IMG/VR virus record: IMGVR_UViG_3300021426_000064
Span: 64,001-128,000 of that record
Source: a virus
Lineage: Duplodnaviria; Caudoviricetes
Length of the DNA stretch: 64,000 nucleotides
Direction: 5' to 3' (one strand)
Every line of letters begins with the position of its first letter. Position 1 is the first letter of the stretch. The notes under the pieces are model-generated. The model was not told the origin of the DNA. It saw only the letters and a program-made list of their open reading frames with translations, and made no database searches. Shown here in pieces: positions 20,740-30,739 of the stretch. Made by a program: the position numbers and the translations under genes.

Positions 20740-21946
20740 TCAGATTATCAATTCTCTTTTAGAAACCGACCTTTACAAGTTCAGCATGGGACAGGCCATC
20801 TTCCATCAGGCCAGCGAATATGAAACCACATGGTCTTTTAAATGCCGCAATAAAGACGTATTCTTTACGCCGGAAATGGTTGAAGAAATCCGTGAGCAGA
20901 TAAAAGCATTCTGTGGCCTGCGTTTTACGGAAGACGAGCTTCAGTATCTGGCCGGAATCAAATGGCTGAAGAAGTCTTATATCAACCATCTGCGCCTGTG
21001 GCGGCCCAATTTTGAGGATTTTGATATCAAGGCGGGCGGCGAAAAGGGTCTTATTCTTGAGGCCAAAGGTACGCTTCTGGACACATCCATGTATGAAATT
21101 CCGACTCTGGCCATTGTTAACGAGGTATATTACCGGTTCCGTGACGACTACGCAATGCTGGTAGAAGATTCCAAGGCTCGTACACGGGCAAAAGCAGAAA
21201 AGATTCAGATGGGCAAGTATTGGCTGCCGGTATTCTCTGAATTTGGCCTGCGCCGCCGCCTTTGTGCAGAAGCACAGGAATTTGCTGTAGAAACATTCTC
21301 CAAGCTGGATTGTCATGATGTCCTGCGTTCCTATTTTGTTGGCACCTCCAACGTTTATCTGGCCAAGAAATATGGCGTAACGCCGGTAGGCACGATGGCA
21401 CATGAATGGATTATGTGCATGGGGCAGGGCAACCATTTGTATAATCCTTCCTACTCCAACAAGGTAGCATTGGAAGCTTGGGTAAGAGAGTACGGCGTAG
21501 ATAATGGTATCGCACTTACCGATACGATTACGACGGACTGCTTCCTGCGCGACTTCAACAAGACGCTGGCTACGCTCTTCAGTGGTGTACGTCATGACTC
21601 CGGTGACCCGTTTGTATGGGGCGACAAGATGATTGACCATTACACTCGTCTTGGCATTGACCCGATGACGAAGACCCTGCTGTTCTCTGACTCTCTGAAC
21701 TTTGAGAAGGCAGACAAAATTGCCCACTATTTCGAGGGCAAGGCCAAGGTCGCTTTCGGCATTGGTACTTATATTGCCAACGACACCTATGCTGAGCCCT
21801 TGAACATTGTCATGAAGGTGACGGAATGCAATGGCAGCCCGGTTGCAAAAATCTCCGATACCGCTGGTAAGGGGATGTGCAAGAGTCAGGAATATGTGGA
21901 CTACTTGCAGAGAGCTATTGACTGGCGCTTGAAGAACAAAGACTAA
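20729..21946 (+). CDS. pncB: Nicotinate phosphoribosyltransferase
   Basis: LLETDLYKFSM, EFGLRRR, GTSNV, GTMAHEW (phospho-His), GVRHDSGDP, FSDSL, FGIGT, LNIVMK, KISD. Confidence 0.95.
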   Translation: MKFNQIINSLLETDLYKFSMGQAIFHQASEYETTWSFKCRNKDVFFTPEMVEEIREQIKAFCGLRFTEDELQYLAGIKWLKKSYINHLRLWRPNFEDFDIKAGGEKGLILEAKGTLLDTSMYEIPTLAIVNEVYYRFRDDYAMLVEDSKARTRAKAEKIQMGKYWLPVFSEFGLRRRLCAEAQEFAVETFSKLDCHDVLRSYFVGTSNVYLAKKYGVTPVGTMAHEWIMCMGQGNHLYNPSYSNKVALEAWVREYGVDNGIALTDTITTDCFLRDFNKTLATLFSGVRHDSGDPFVWGDKMIDHYTRLGIDPMTKTLLFSDSLNFEKADKIAHYFEGKAKVAFGIGTYIANDTYAEPLNIVMKVTECNGSPVAKISDTAGKGMCKSQEYVDYLQRAIDWRLKNKD

Positions 21947-22012
21947 GGGGTGTGGCTCCTCGCTGTTTAGTATGGGTATAGTATAGATATATATACAGAA
22001 AGGACAATCGCT

Positions 22013-22921
22013 TTGAATATCAAATGCTCATATATTGGTTGTGAAGAAAATGCTACATGCATCACAACTGTAATGAATAGACAAATCCCATCATGCGAAC
22101 ATCATAAAGATAAATTTAACATCATTGAAGGTACATCAAACGTTTTGAAATGTGGTCCTGAATTTGATGCAAAGAAAGATAAAGAAAAGATTATCAGCTT
22201 TTTGAGAAACTGGTTTGCCGAAAACGGCACACCGGAAACAAAAGCTGTGATAGGCATTTCCGGAGGCAAGGACTCTTCTATTGCTGCAGCACTTTGCGTA
22301 GAAGCACTGGGGAAAGATAGTGTCATCGGAGTTCTTATGCCCAATGGCATTCAGCCAGACATTGATGATGCGCTTGAGGTGGTAAAACATCTCGGTATCA
22401 AATACCGCATTGTCAATATTGAATCGTCGTACAAAGCCATGCTTAAAGCGCTGCAATATACCGAGGCTAAAGTTGATAACAACTTCCATTTTTCAGTTAC
22501 AGACCAGCTTCTTCAGAATCTTGCGCCAAGGTTACGGATGGCAACGTTATATGCTATAGCGCAGGGAGTAGAAGGCGGTGGCCGCGTTATCAATACCTGC
22601 AACCGTTCTGAAGACTATGTAGGTTATTCGACAAAATTCGGTGATAGCGCCGGCGACGTTTCCCCGCTTGGCGCTTATACCGTAGATGAAGTCCTGGCCA
22701 TTGGAGCACTTTTGGACATTCCGGAAAGGCTGGTACACAAAACTCCTTCCGACGGTCTCTGCGGCAAAACCGATGAAGACAACCTGGGCTTTACTTATGC
22801 CGTTTTAGACAAGTATATAAAAACCGGCGAATGTGAGGATGAACTGGTGCAGAAGCGAATTGATGAGCTGCATTATATCAATCTTCACAAACTCAAGCCA
22901 ATGCCAATGGTTAAGCGGTAA
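22013..22921 (+). CDS. nadE: NH3-dependent NAD+ synthetase with Cys/His-rich N-terminal extension
   Basis: IGISGGKDSS, NLAPRLRMATLY, TCNRSEDYVGYSTKFGD, KTPSDGL, TDEDNLGFTY; no glutaminase domain; RBS AGAAAGGA before the TTG start. Confidence 0.93.
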   Translation: MNIKCSYIGCEENATCITTVMNRQIPSCEHHKDKFNIIEGTSNVLKCGPEFDAKKDKEKIISFLRNWFAENGTPETKAVIGISGGKDSSIAAALCVEALGKDSVIGVLMPNGIQPDIDDALEVVKHLGIKYRIVNIESSYKAMLKALQYTEAKVDNNFHFSVTDQLLQNLAPRLRMATLYAIAQGVEGGGRVINTCNRSEDYVGYSTKFGDSAGDVSPLGAYTVDEVLAIGALLDIPERLVHKTPSDGLCGKTDEDNLGFTYAVLDKYIKTGECEDELVQKRIDELHYINLHKLKPMPMVKR

Positions 22922-22926
22922 TCAGC

Positions 22927-22962
22927 AAAAAGCTTCTATCGAATGATAGAGGCTTTTTATTT
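22927..22962 (+). terminator. Intrinsic terminator ending the NAD operon (possibly bidirectional)
   Basis: AAAAAGCTTCTATC-GAAT-GATAGAGGCTTTTT. Confidence 0.8.
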
Positions 22963-23040
22963 ATGCGTGGACTAAAGCATTCCAGATGGTAATGTCTGGA
23001 CTAGATAAAATTCGGAAAACACCAGATAGGAAGGAAAACA

Positions 23041-23829
23041 ATGCGTACAGCTGAAGATATAAATTTAAGCATAAAAGATAGTTTTTATAAGTTAACCGGG
23101 CGGGAATACCGGGCGGGAAGCGCACTGGGGTTTATTACGGACGCTGTGTCGCGCGAAATGGAAACGGCTCATCTTGAAATCGAGCGCAATAAAAATCCCC
23201 ATATCTATACAAATCTATACGGGGAAGACCTTGATAAAATGGGGGCATTTGTGAATGTTCCTCGCGAAGCCGGCGAAGATGATATGACATACCTGTACAG
23301 GATTATGAATTGGACATATTTAAAAGCAGGGGCAAATAATATTGCTGTAAACGACTCTTTGCTTAACCTGGAGTATGCTTCCGATGCCCAATACTATCCG
23401 AAACTTCATGGCGCGGGAACGGGTGTTATTTACATTATCCCAACAGAGTATAGCGACGATATTATGGCAAAGGCGTTGGCCGAGGTAAAAAAGCGGGTTG
23501 AAAATGTTATTTCGCCAGAGTCTTATACGGAATATATTATTCCCACGGCGGTGCCGGTTAATCTGATATGCCACTTAGAAGTAAACGGCGGCGATGTTTC
23601 TTACATTAAGGATAAGATTACAGAGGCGCTAAAAGAATACATCAATGGGATTGCTCCAAACACCTACCTGTCCGTCGGCGAAATGAACCGGATTGGGCTG
23701 GAAATGGATAATGTTGATTTCTTCTCGATAGATGGAGTCTATCTTAACGAGGAATACAATACTGATACAAAAATACTGCAAGAGCTAGAAACTAAAATGT
23801 TATTTCAGGAAATAAGCTGGGAGGATTAA
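23041..23829 (+). CDS. Baseplate J-like wedge protein
   Basis: LYGEDLDKMGAFVNVPREAGEDDMTYLYRI, AQYYP..GAGTGVIYI, ITEALKEYINGI..LSVGEM patterns typical of baseplate J. Confidence 0.7.
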   Translation: MRTAEDINLSIKDSFYKLTGREYRAGSALGFITDAVSREMETAHLEIERNKNPHIYTNLYGEDLDKMGAFVNVPREAGEDDMTYLYRIMNWTYLKAGANNIAVNDSLLNLEYASDAQYYPKLHGAGTGVIYIIPTEYSDDIMAKALAEVKKRVENVISPESYTEYIIPTAVPVNLICHLEVNGGDVSYIKDKITEALKEYINGIAPNTYLSVGEMNRIGLEMDNVDFFSIDGVYLNEEYNTDTKILQELETKMLFQEISWED

Positions 23830-23834
23830 AACAC

Positions 23835-26800
23835 ATGAGCTTGTCTATGGAATCTGTCTTGCCGAGCATGAAGCGAAGCTTCCCCAGCTGGTCAGACATT
23901 CGTAAGCGCACAGACAAATCGATTGGCGGCGCGCTGGTAAAATCATATGCAAGAGAAGCAGACTATATTCAGGATGCGATAAATGACTATCGTAAGATAT
24001 TCTTCCTGTTAAACTACAAGGGACACGAAGATGAGTTTGCGGACTATCTTTATCTCGCAACTGTGGGTAAACAGGATGCAATTAATATAGTTGGCTTCGA
24101 ATGCAGAGTGACCAAAGACGACAACGAATTTTACGGCAACATGGACAAGATGGCCTTATATCGGGATGGTTATCTTATGTTCCATGAAAAAGTCCTGCCA
24201 GAGGGCGCCGAGCAGAAAACCATCCAATACCAGATTGAAAGTGGCAGTGTCTACGAGGTAGAACTTCATAAAGAGCATATCTGGAACGCCTTTGATGAAT
24301 TCGCCTTATTTGCCGGATTAACACGGTATGGCAACGAAACAAACAAAGAGCTTGCCGAAAGAACCGTCCAGGTTTTCAAGGAGTTCCCAAATCCGACCCG
24401 AACCGGTATTGGTAACGCTATACAGGATGCAATAACTCCTCACGATACCATTCTTGACGAAGATATCGATGTTTATAAAATCAGTGATGAAAAGTTCGAT
24501 CTTGGCCGTGAGGATCACAAAGCGATATACGAAGATTTGGTTCAGCTGAACAGAGATATCTTCCGAGCCAAAACATGGAATCGCGATACATGGGAACATG
24601 GCTTCCAAAAGACGGATTATATCCCTCATGCATGGGATGCTCCGATGGAAGCCTTCCAAAACGGTGTAGGGTATAACGATTCGCTGCGGACGGACTATAT
24701 TAAACGATTAGGACAGAGCGAGACAACAGATATTGAAGTCAACGCCTATAAAAAAGACTTCGAAAAAATCCGCCAATATATTGGCCGCACAAATATAGAG
24801 GCGTCTATCCAGTTAACGTTAACTAAATATACTGATGTGGTTAATCCGAAAAATGTGGAATTCTGTATCAGGGCATATGACGTTCTCAAGATACCTAACC
24901 CGAAAGATATTCATGTGCTTGGTACGAGAAAACAGAATGGCGAAAAACGCTACTATGTGGATGACCTTGCAACGGAAACGCATGGCGTAACCCGTGTCGC
25001 AAATAATAGGCTGGAGAAGAATACTTCATACAAGCTTCGTTTTACACCAAAAGATACGTTCTCAGGAATGAGTGTTGAAAAATGCAGACTGGCGTATGAC
25101 GGCGGCGATAAGGACTTGCGTAGGGAATATTCTTATTACAAGTTGAAAGACGGCAGTATTGTAAATCAGAATGTTGCTGCACATATCACATCTACATCAC
25201 AAGTTACAACAAACCATAATATTGAAGATTGCAGTACAGGGGTCACTGTTGGCCACAGTGATACAAAAGGGTCGTTCGGAGTAGATGTTACCGGCATGGC
25301 CAAAGAAATGATTAACTATAGTGTAAGCTGCCGGCGTATTGATATCACGTCGTCAAGCTATGTAGAAGGGCGCAACGGATTTGAGTTATCCTCAGACGGT
25401 AAGTCACTTTTTAATAATCGCCCAGATTCTTTGGGACAGATTATTATTGGAGGCCAGGGCAGGGAACTTAGCTGCAACTCATACTCTTTTACACTGGAAG
25501 CTTCTGCAATCCCTGCGCTCCAGGGGGCAATAACGGTTACGGAAATCGTTGATGGACAGATAACACAAATGACTTATCGTCAACCACAAGAAGTGGTTCG
25601 CGAATTTAAGAAGCGCTCGGAAGTTCAGGTTATTATCCAGAAATATGGTCAGAACCCTGTGAAAATCAAGAACATCGCTATGGCAAGCTATGATGTTCAC
25701 ATCGGCATGTCTGATGGCACACCTTTGGTGGTGGCCGGGAAAAATACGCGATTGCCGGAAAATGTGGATGGAAAAATACTCACGGTAGAACTTATTCCGT
25801 ACACAGCGGCATATCCTGTACTTGAATATCTGCATATTGGCGGAAGTTTAAAGGGCGCCCGTTACGAAATCGATTTTGATACCAACGGGAAGAATAATCC
25901 GGAGCTAGATATCGACACAGATTGTAACGTCACACTGTATAAAAAAGTGGGTGGCAGTAGTGTTTTAGTTGGAAGTGAAAATAGGTATACCACAAAGGCT
26001 GTATTCAGAAATACCTCTTCCTCCTCGTTTGGGCAAATTGTTTTAGACTTGGGAAATTTTGCTTCTATATCCAGTGCAAGCCGAAAGATTAATGACCAGT
26101 ACAGTGGTACGAATAAGAAGTATATCGAGCTGGCTCCCGGCGAAGAAATTTTTGAGATGGACATTGCCGGCGAGGTAATCCGGCAAATTACCAATAAGCC
26201 GTTAACAGAATACCTGTTTGGTGCAAATACGCAAAATAAAGAGGTATATGCTACCCGGGGGACAAGCGGGTACATTTTAGTAAAAGACGTTGCAAGTGGC
26301 CAGATAAAAAAAGTAACAATTCCGTATGCGGATTTGGATGGCCGTGCTGACACGTATCAGTTAACAGGATTGCCAAGAGAGCTATCCGCAGAATTTGTGA
26401 CATCCAATGGCGAGATCAGGGAAGTATCCAATTCCGGTAATGGTAGCGTATTTGACCATCTTGGTATTGCTTATAAGCAAGCATCAGAATATGTTGCCTA
26501 TAACACGGTTTCAATGATCAAAGAAAAACAGGCCGGTGTTGAAATGGTTAATACATTTACACCGGTTATGTCTTTGACGGAACTGCGATACTATGTTATT
26601 GCCGCCACAAAAAACATTAGTGACAACATGGTGGTATTTGGTACATCAAAAGATAATTGGAGTCTGGGTGTTGATCCTAAAGGAATAGATGTCAGCACGA
26701 CGCTGGAAACAAAGAATGCGGATTCTTGGATCATTAGTATTAACAATGTCAGCAACAGATATATTCTTGCAAATGAAGTGCCATTAGAGGAAAGATACTT

Positions 26801-28871
26801 CATTGAACAGGATGGGCTATATCACGACCTTCGCGAATATATGGTTACAACAGAACCCGGCTTAAAAATTAACTACGAGATTGAGCCAGGAATCGAAGAA
26901 AATATAACCGTAAAGAGTAAGCTGGTAAATAAGCTAAGATACTCTAATATAAACGAAATTAAAATCTACCAAGGGACAGCAATAATTAGCAGCGGTTTTG
27001 AAGTGCTAAAAGATGAAGGACTTATTGTCTGGTCGGATGGGCGGTATTTGGGTGTACCTTTGAAGGTTGTTTATTCGATAAAAAGACCGTCCACAGTATC
27101 TTATACCAGGGAGTATGAAGACAAGCTGTACAAACTGGTTAGTTTTTCGGCTGAAGCCTACAAGCTTATCGGGACAAAAGTTTATAAAAACTGTCCAGAT
27201 GGCGCACAGTATACCCTTCGCTTCGAAGAAGAGCCCGATAAGATAATCACGTCCTGCACAAACGCTTCGTTTAATACATCTGTGCTGAACGGAGTATTGA
27301 CGGCGGCCCGAGTAACAGATGAGGACAAGATAGCCGTACACAATGGTTACATTTATGACCAAGGGCGGGAATACTATTTCTTTAGCGACGTATTCAATGA
27401 CCGTGTTGATGTGTTCAGTAATATCGAAATGCATGATGTTACGCGTCTTAATGGGGAACTATTATTCCACATGCGCTCTACAAACTACCTGCCCTATTCT
27501 AGTATGAAAACGTCTGTTATGGCAGACCTCTGTTCTATTGACCTAACTAAGAGGCTCCCGCCGGGGATAAGCAAGGCTAATCATTTAACTGCATGTGAGG
27601 GGTACAACCTTTGGCACACGGTTAATATGAAAATTGCTTTGGCGGAAAATGGGCTGAACGGCTATGCTTTGGCATTAAAATCTCTCGATAAAACTGGGGG
27701 ATATGCAGCATTAGATGTCACTTCTTTTTATGTCGAAGGGAATGCTATATCTCTTCAAGTTACCGGCGATTTACAGGCGGAGATTGTCAAAGAAACACAA
27801 CTGGACGGCCTCACAATGACCAAGTCTGTATTCCTTGAAAGAGAAAATGGGAAAACGTTGGTTATGGATGATGATATTGCGTATACCATCTGCGGGGAGC
27901 CAGAAAAGAATTGCCGATATTTTATAGTTCTTTCTGGCACAAACGGCGTCATTGACGATCTTGTATCTTTGCCATATGTGGATTTAAGGGCCATGAAAGC
28001 TACGCACAAAAAGAATATAAGCAAACTGAACTTTAACATAACTGAGAAAATGCCAGAGAAGTATGAATACGACCTCGAATTTGATGTCGTAGGTGCTTCG
28101 TACAAAGACCTCAATATTCACAGTCAGACAAGGGAAATTGAAACCACGGCAGATGTAGAATATGGACTCACGCTTGTGGAATCCGTAGACCTTGAAAAGT
28201 GCATGATTTCAAGAATGCAGATAACAAAAGGTACGATTGTGGCTACACTTAATGAGGGGTACGCAAAGACGCCCATATTCTTTACACATACGAAATCTTC
28301 AGTGTACGCCTTGTATGTAAAAATCAATGATATCATTGAAGGCCGCTACAAAGGGTTTACTATAAAGCTCTATGGCTCTAATACGAGAAGCGGTGGATAC
28401 ACCCTGCTTGCAACAGAGGAGAATACAAACATTCTTTCAATTCCCCACAATCTCGTACGAAACTACTACTATGTGGAAGTTATTGCTGATAAAAATAAAG
28501 TAATTCATAGCATAGATGTTTACGCAAGATATGCTGAAACCGAAGACGGCGGAAAGCTTGCGCCAACGAGAATTGAAAAAGGCACGTTTATTAGCAAGAT
28601 ATATGACGTTGGAGAAACAGCAAATTATATCCTCCAGGATATTGACTATGTGACAAACAACCATGACGACGATATTGAGTTTTATGTCCGCGGCGTGCGT
28701 GAGGGGAAGAACAGTTTAGTATTTACCCCTTGGAGAAAATACGTGGCAAACGCAGATAAGTTAAAACAGATTCGCTATGATGGTTATTCTCTGTTCCAGT
28801 TTAAGATAAATGTCAATAGCCCCGCAGCAACCCTTAAGGTGAATAAATTTAGAATGGTGGTCGCATCGTAA
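23835..28871 (+). CDS. Large putative baseplate/tail structural protein (1678 aa)
   Basis: Long ORF directly after baseplate J; beta-rich; N-terminal WNAFDEFALFAGLTRYGNETNKEL resembles wedge proteins. Confidence 0.65.
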   Translation: MSLSMESVLPSMKRSFPSWSDIRKRTDKSIGGALVKSYAREADYIQDAINDYRKIFFLLNYKGHEDEFADYLYLATVGKQDAINIVGFECRVTKDDNEFYGNMDKMALYRDGYLMFHEKVLPEGAEQKTIQYQIESGSVYEVELHKEHIWNAFDEFALFAGLTRYGNETNKELAERTVQVFKEFPNPTRTGIGNAIQDAITPHDTILDEDIDVYKISDEKFDLGREDHKAIYEDLVQLNRDIFRAKTWNRDTWEHGFQKTDYIPHAWDAPMEAFQNGVGYNDSLRTDYIKRLGQSETTDIEVNAYKKDFEKIRQYIGRTNIEASIQLTLTKYTDVVNPKNVEFCIRAYDVLKIPNPKDIHVLGTRKQNGEKRYYVDDLATETHGVTRVANNRLEKNTSYKLRFTPKDTFSGMSVEKCRLAYDGGDKDLRREYSYYKLKDGSIVNQNVAAHITSTSQVTTNHNIEDCSTGVTVGHSDTKGSFGVDVTGMAKEMINYSVSCRRIDITSSSYVEGRNGFELSSDGKSLFNNRPDSLGQIIIGGQGRELSCNSYSFTLEASAIPALQGAITVTEIVDGQITQMTYRQPQEVVREFKKRSEVQVIIQKYGQNPVKIKNIAMASYDVHIGMSDGTPLVVAGKNTRLPENVDGKILTVELIPYTAAYPVLEYLHIGGSLKGARYEIDFDTNGKNNPELDIDTDCNVTLYKKVGGSSVLVGSENRYTTKAVFRNTSSSSFGQIVLDLGNFASISSASRKINDQYSGTNKKYIELAPGEEIFEMDIAGEVIRQITNKPLTEYLFGANTQNKEVYATRGTSGYILVKDVASGQIKKVTIPYADLDGRADTYQLTGLPRELSAEFVTSNGEIREVSNSGNGSVFDHLGIAYKQASEYVAYNTVSMIKEKQAGVEMVNTFTPVMSLTELRYYVIAATKNISDNMVVFGTSKDNWSLGVDPKGIDVSTTLETKNADSWIISINNVSNRYILANEVPLEERYFIEQDGLYHDLREYMVTTEPGLKINYEIEPGIEENITVKSKLVNKLRYSNINEIKIYQGTAIISSGFEVLKDEGLIVWSDGRYLGVPLKVVYSIKRPSTVSYTREYEDKLYKLVSFSAEAYKLIGTKVYKNCPDGAQYTLRFEEEPDKIITSCTNASFNTSVLNGVLTAARVTDEDKIAVHNGYIYDQGREYYFFSDVFNDRVDVFSNIEMHDVTRLNGELLFHMRSTNYLPYSSMKTSVMADLCSIDLTKRLPPGISKANHLTACEGYNLWHTVNMKIALAENGLNGYALALKSLDKTGGYAALDVTSFYVEGNAISLQVTGDLQAEIVKETQLDGLTMTKSVFLERENGKTLVMDDDIAYTICGEPEKNCRYFIVLSGTNGVIDDLVSLPYVDLRAMKATHKKNISKLNFNITEKMPEKYEYDLEFDVVGASYKDLNIHSQTREIETTADVEYGLTLVESVDLEKCMISRMQITKGTIVATLNEGYAKTPIFFTHTKSSVYALYVKINDIIEGRYKGFTIKLYGSNTRSGGYTLLATEENTNILSIPHNLVRNYYYVEVIADKNKVIHSIDVYARYAETEDGGKLAPTRIEKGTFISKIYDVGETANYILQDIDYVTNNHDDDIEFYVRGVREGKNSLVFTPWRKYVANADKLKQIRYDGYSLFQFKINVNSPAATLKVNKFRMVVAS

Positions 28872-30739
28872 TGCAGGAAATATTTCAAACAAATGGCCGC
28901 ATAGAAAGCATGGATGGAATGCACTTCTACGAGCAGGACATTGTTATGCTAAACTACATATATACCGGTGATGTGACAATCGAAGCGGAGATCGACTATG
29001 CTATGCCGGGATTTGGTTTTGTGTTTGCTTCGTACAGCATTGGTTTTACCAGTGCTGACGAGGCACGCAATGCCATATTGGTTAAAGTTGGCGGCTTAGA
29101 TTTCTCCGTATATAAGAAGAGTCTTGGAACGCAAAGCCGGTTATACGATTCCAGTTGTCCTTTTTCTCCGGATAAGAAAACGCATAAACTGAAGTTCCAG
29201 AAAACTGGGACATATGTTTATTGCTACGAGGTTATCGGGGAAAAAGAACAGGAGCTTGGGCACTTTAATACAAAAACCGATATTGATAAGTTCTATATCG
29301 GCGTGTATTCCAATAAAGGTAACACAGTGAAGCGGATGGACATTTATGATAACCGTCCGCAACATTGGTTCACCAATATACGAAATACTAATGGCGGTAG
29401 AATTTCTTTTGAACAGAATGCGTTCAAGGTTGAAAATGCCGAAAAGGATGCCGAAATCGACCAGGAACTTATCTTTTTAAAGCGAGGAAGATATTTCCTT
29501 GACTACAAGGAAGAGCCTGTAAATGGTGATTTAGATAAACGCGTGTTTGTTTTTAATTCGGCTGAGCCGAGAATAAAGGCGCCGGAAAAGACAAAACTGA
29601 AATTTGACAAACTTAGGTATGGGGAAATCCCGTACTTTGACATGGATACGGATGGTTACGTAAACATTCTATGGCAAATTGCGTCGGGGAAAATTTCTGA
29701 TATTGCAATTAAAGATGACCATCGTCAGGATTTTGTGCCAACGGGAGACACCATAGAAGAGCGAGAAGGCAGCTATATTTTAGTTCGAATGAAAGGGTTG
29801 AAGAAAGTTGATTGGACAGGTGTTGTCGAAAAAATACCGGCATCTGCACTGACACAAAAGATACCATACAGTTTGTTCAGCTACGATGGCTCGACTCTGA
29901 GTATAGATACTGCAGGAGTAAAGCTCAACAAGTCATACAATTATCTGTTTGAAAACATTGCGACAGATACATGGAAGCTTACAGTAACCGAAGACTTTGG
30001 GAAAGAACCAAGAGTTGTTTATGCACATACCTATACTTCTAAAAATCAGACCGCTAGAATTTTCGACGCGGTTTCGGCAAAAATCACCGGCCTGACAATT
30101 GTAAAAGAAGATGGCGAAGAAATTGACATCATTAACCGGCGTTCCATCCGCAAAATTGTGCCTGCAGCAGTAAAAGGGCCGATTATTGTTACAGATAGCG
30201 ACAATATTCCATTGGACTTGTCTGCTTCCTACAGGGTACTCCCTGATGAGCGGATTGTATTCACGAACTATGAACGGGAAGTCTTTGACGTTGAGGAATC
30301 CTTCTTGCTAAATAAGGTTGCCAGTGAAAACACGGACATCATTTTGTACGGTGTCTATGGCGACATAGATAAAAGCCAGATGTATCATATTCGGGATGAA
30401 GCGATGATTTCCGACATAAGTTACGCCGTGCAAAGATACGATATTATTAGTAGTGACTTGTTTAAGGTTCAAGATAGGCAGCTTATTGTCCCGGATAACA
30501 GCGTGCTGCAGCGCGGGTATAGCTCCTTCATTGTAGAGTATTTGAAGGAAGACAGTTATTGTATTAACACATCGGCTGATGGAACCGAGTATGTGGTAGA
30601 TATTGTTACAAAGTCACCGGTTATCAATACGATGTATGACATGACTGAAGATGGCCGTGTCAGAACATATAAGATTGATGACACACTAAAACCTGGAGAC
30701 AATAGTTATCTTGTATTGAGAAAGGATGAATTAAGCTGA
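28871..30739 (+). CDS. Putative structural protein (beta-sandwich rich)
   Basis: 622-aa ORF coupled by TAATG overlap within the structural operon. Confidence 0.65.
   Translation: MQEIFQTNGRIESMDGMHFYEQDIVMLNYIYTGDVTIEAEIDYAMPGFGFVFASYSIGFTSADEARNAILVKVGGLDFSVYKKSLGTQSRLYDSSCPFSPDKKTHKLKFQKTGTYVYCYEVIGEKEQELGHFNTKTDIDKFYIGVYSNKGNTVKRMDIYDNRPQHWFTNIRNTNGGRISFEQNAFKVENAEKDAEIDQELIFLKRGRYFLDYKEEPVNGDLDKRVFVFNSAEPRIKAPEKTKLKFDKLRYGEIPYFDMDTDGYVNILWQIASGKISDIAIKDDHRQDFVPTGDTIEEREGSYILVRMKGLKKVDWTGVVEKIPASALTQKIPYSLFSYDGSTLSIDTAGVKLNKSYNYLFENIATDTWKLTVTEDFGKEPRVVYAHTYTSKNQTARIFDAVSAKITGLTIVKEDGEEIDIINRRSIRKIVPAAVKGPIIVTDSDNIPLDLSASYRVLPDERIVFTNYEREVFDVEESFLLNKVASENTDIILYGVYGDIDKSQMYHIRDEAMISDISYAVQRYDIISSDLFKVQDRQLIVPDNSVLQRGYSSFIVEYLKEDSYCINTSADGTEYVVDIVTKSPVINTMYDMTEDGRVRTYKIDDTLKPGDNSYLVLRKDELS

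Noticed and set aside
20759-21727. 322-aa antisense ORF opposite pncB, and similar minus-strand ORFs (6161-6904, 13528-14136, 14009-14707, 43772-44389, 49489-50175)
   Set aside because: Shadow frames of well-supported + strand genes or of low-complexity repeats; no motifs or RBS
18872-22921. Assignment of the NAD cassette to known NARP1 or NARP2
   Set aside because: No PRPP-synthetase-like Adps gene, and the phosphoribosyltransferase has PncB motifs and is accompanied by PncA and NadE, which the Nampt-based route does not need
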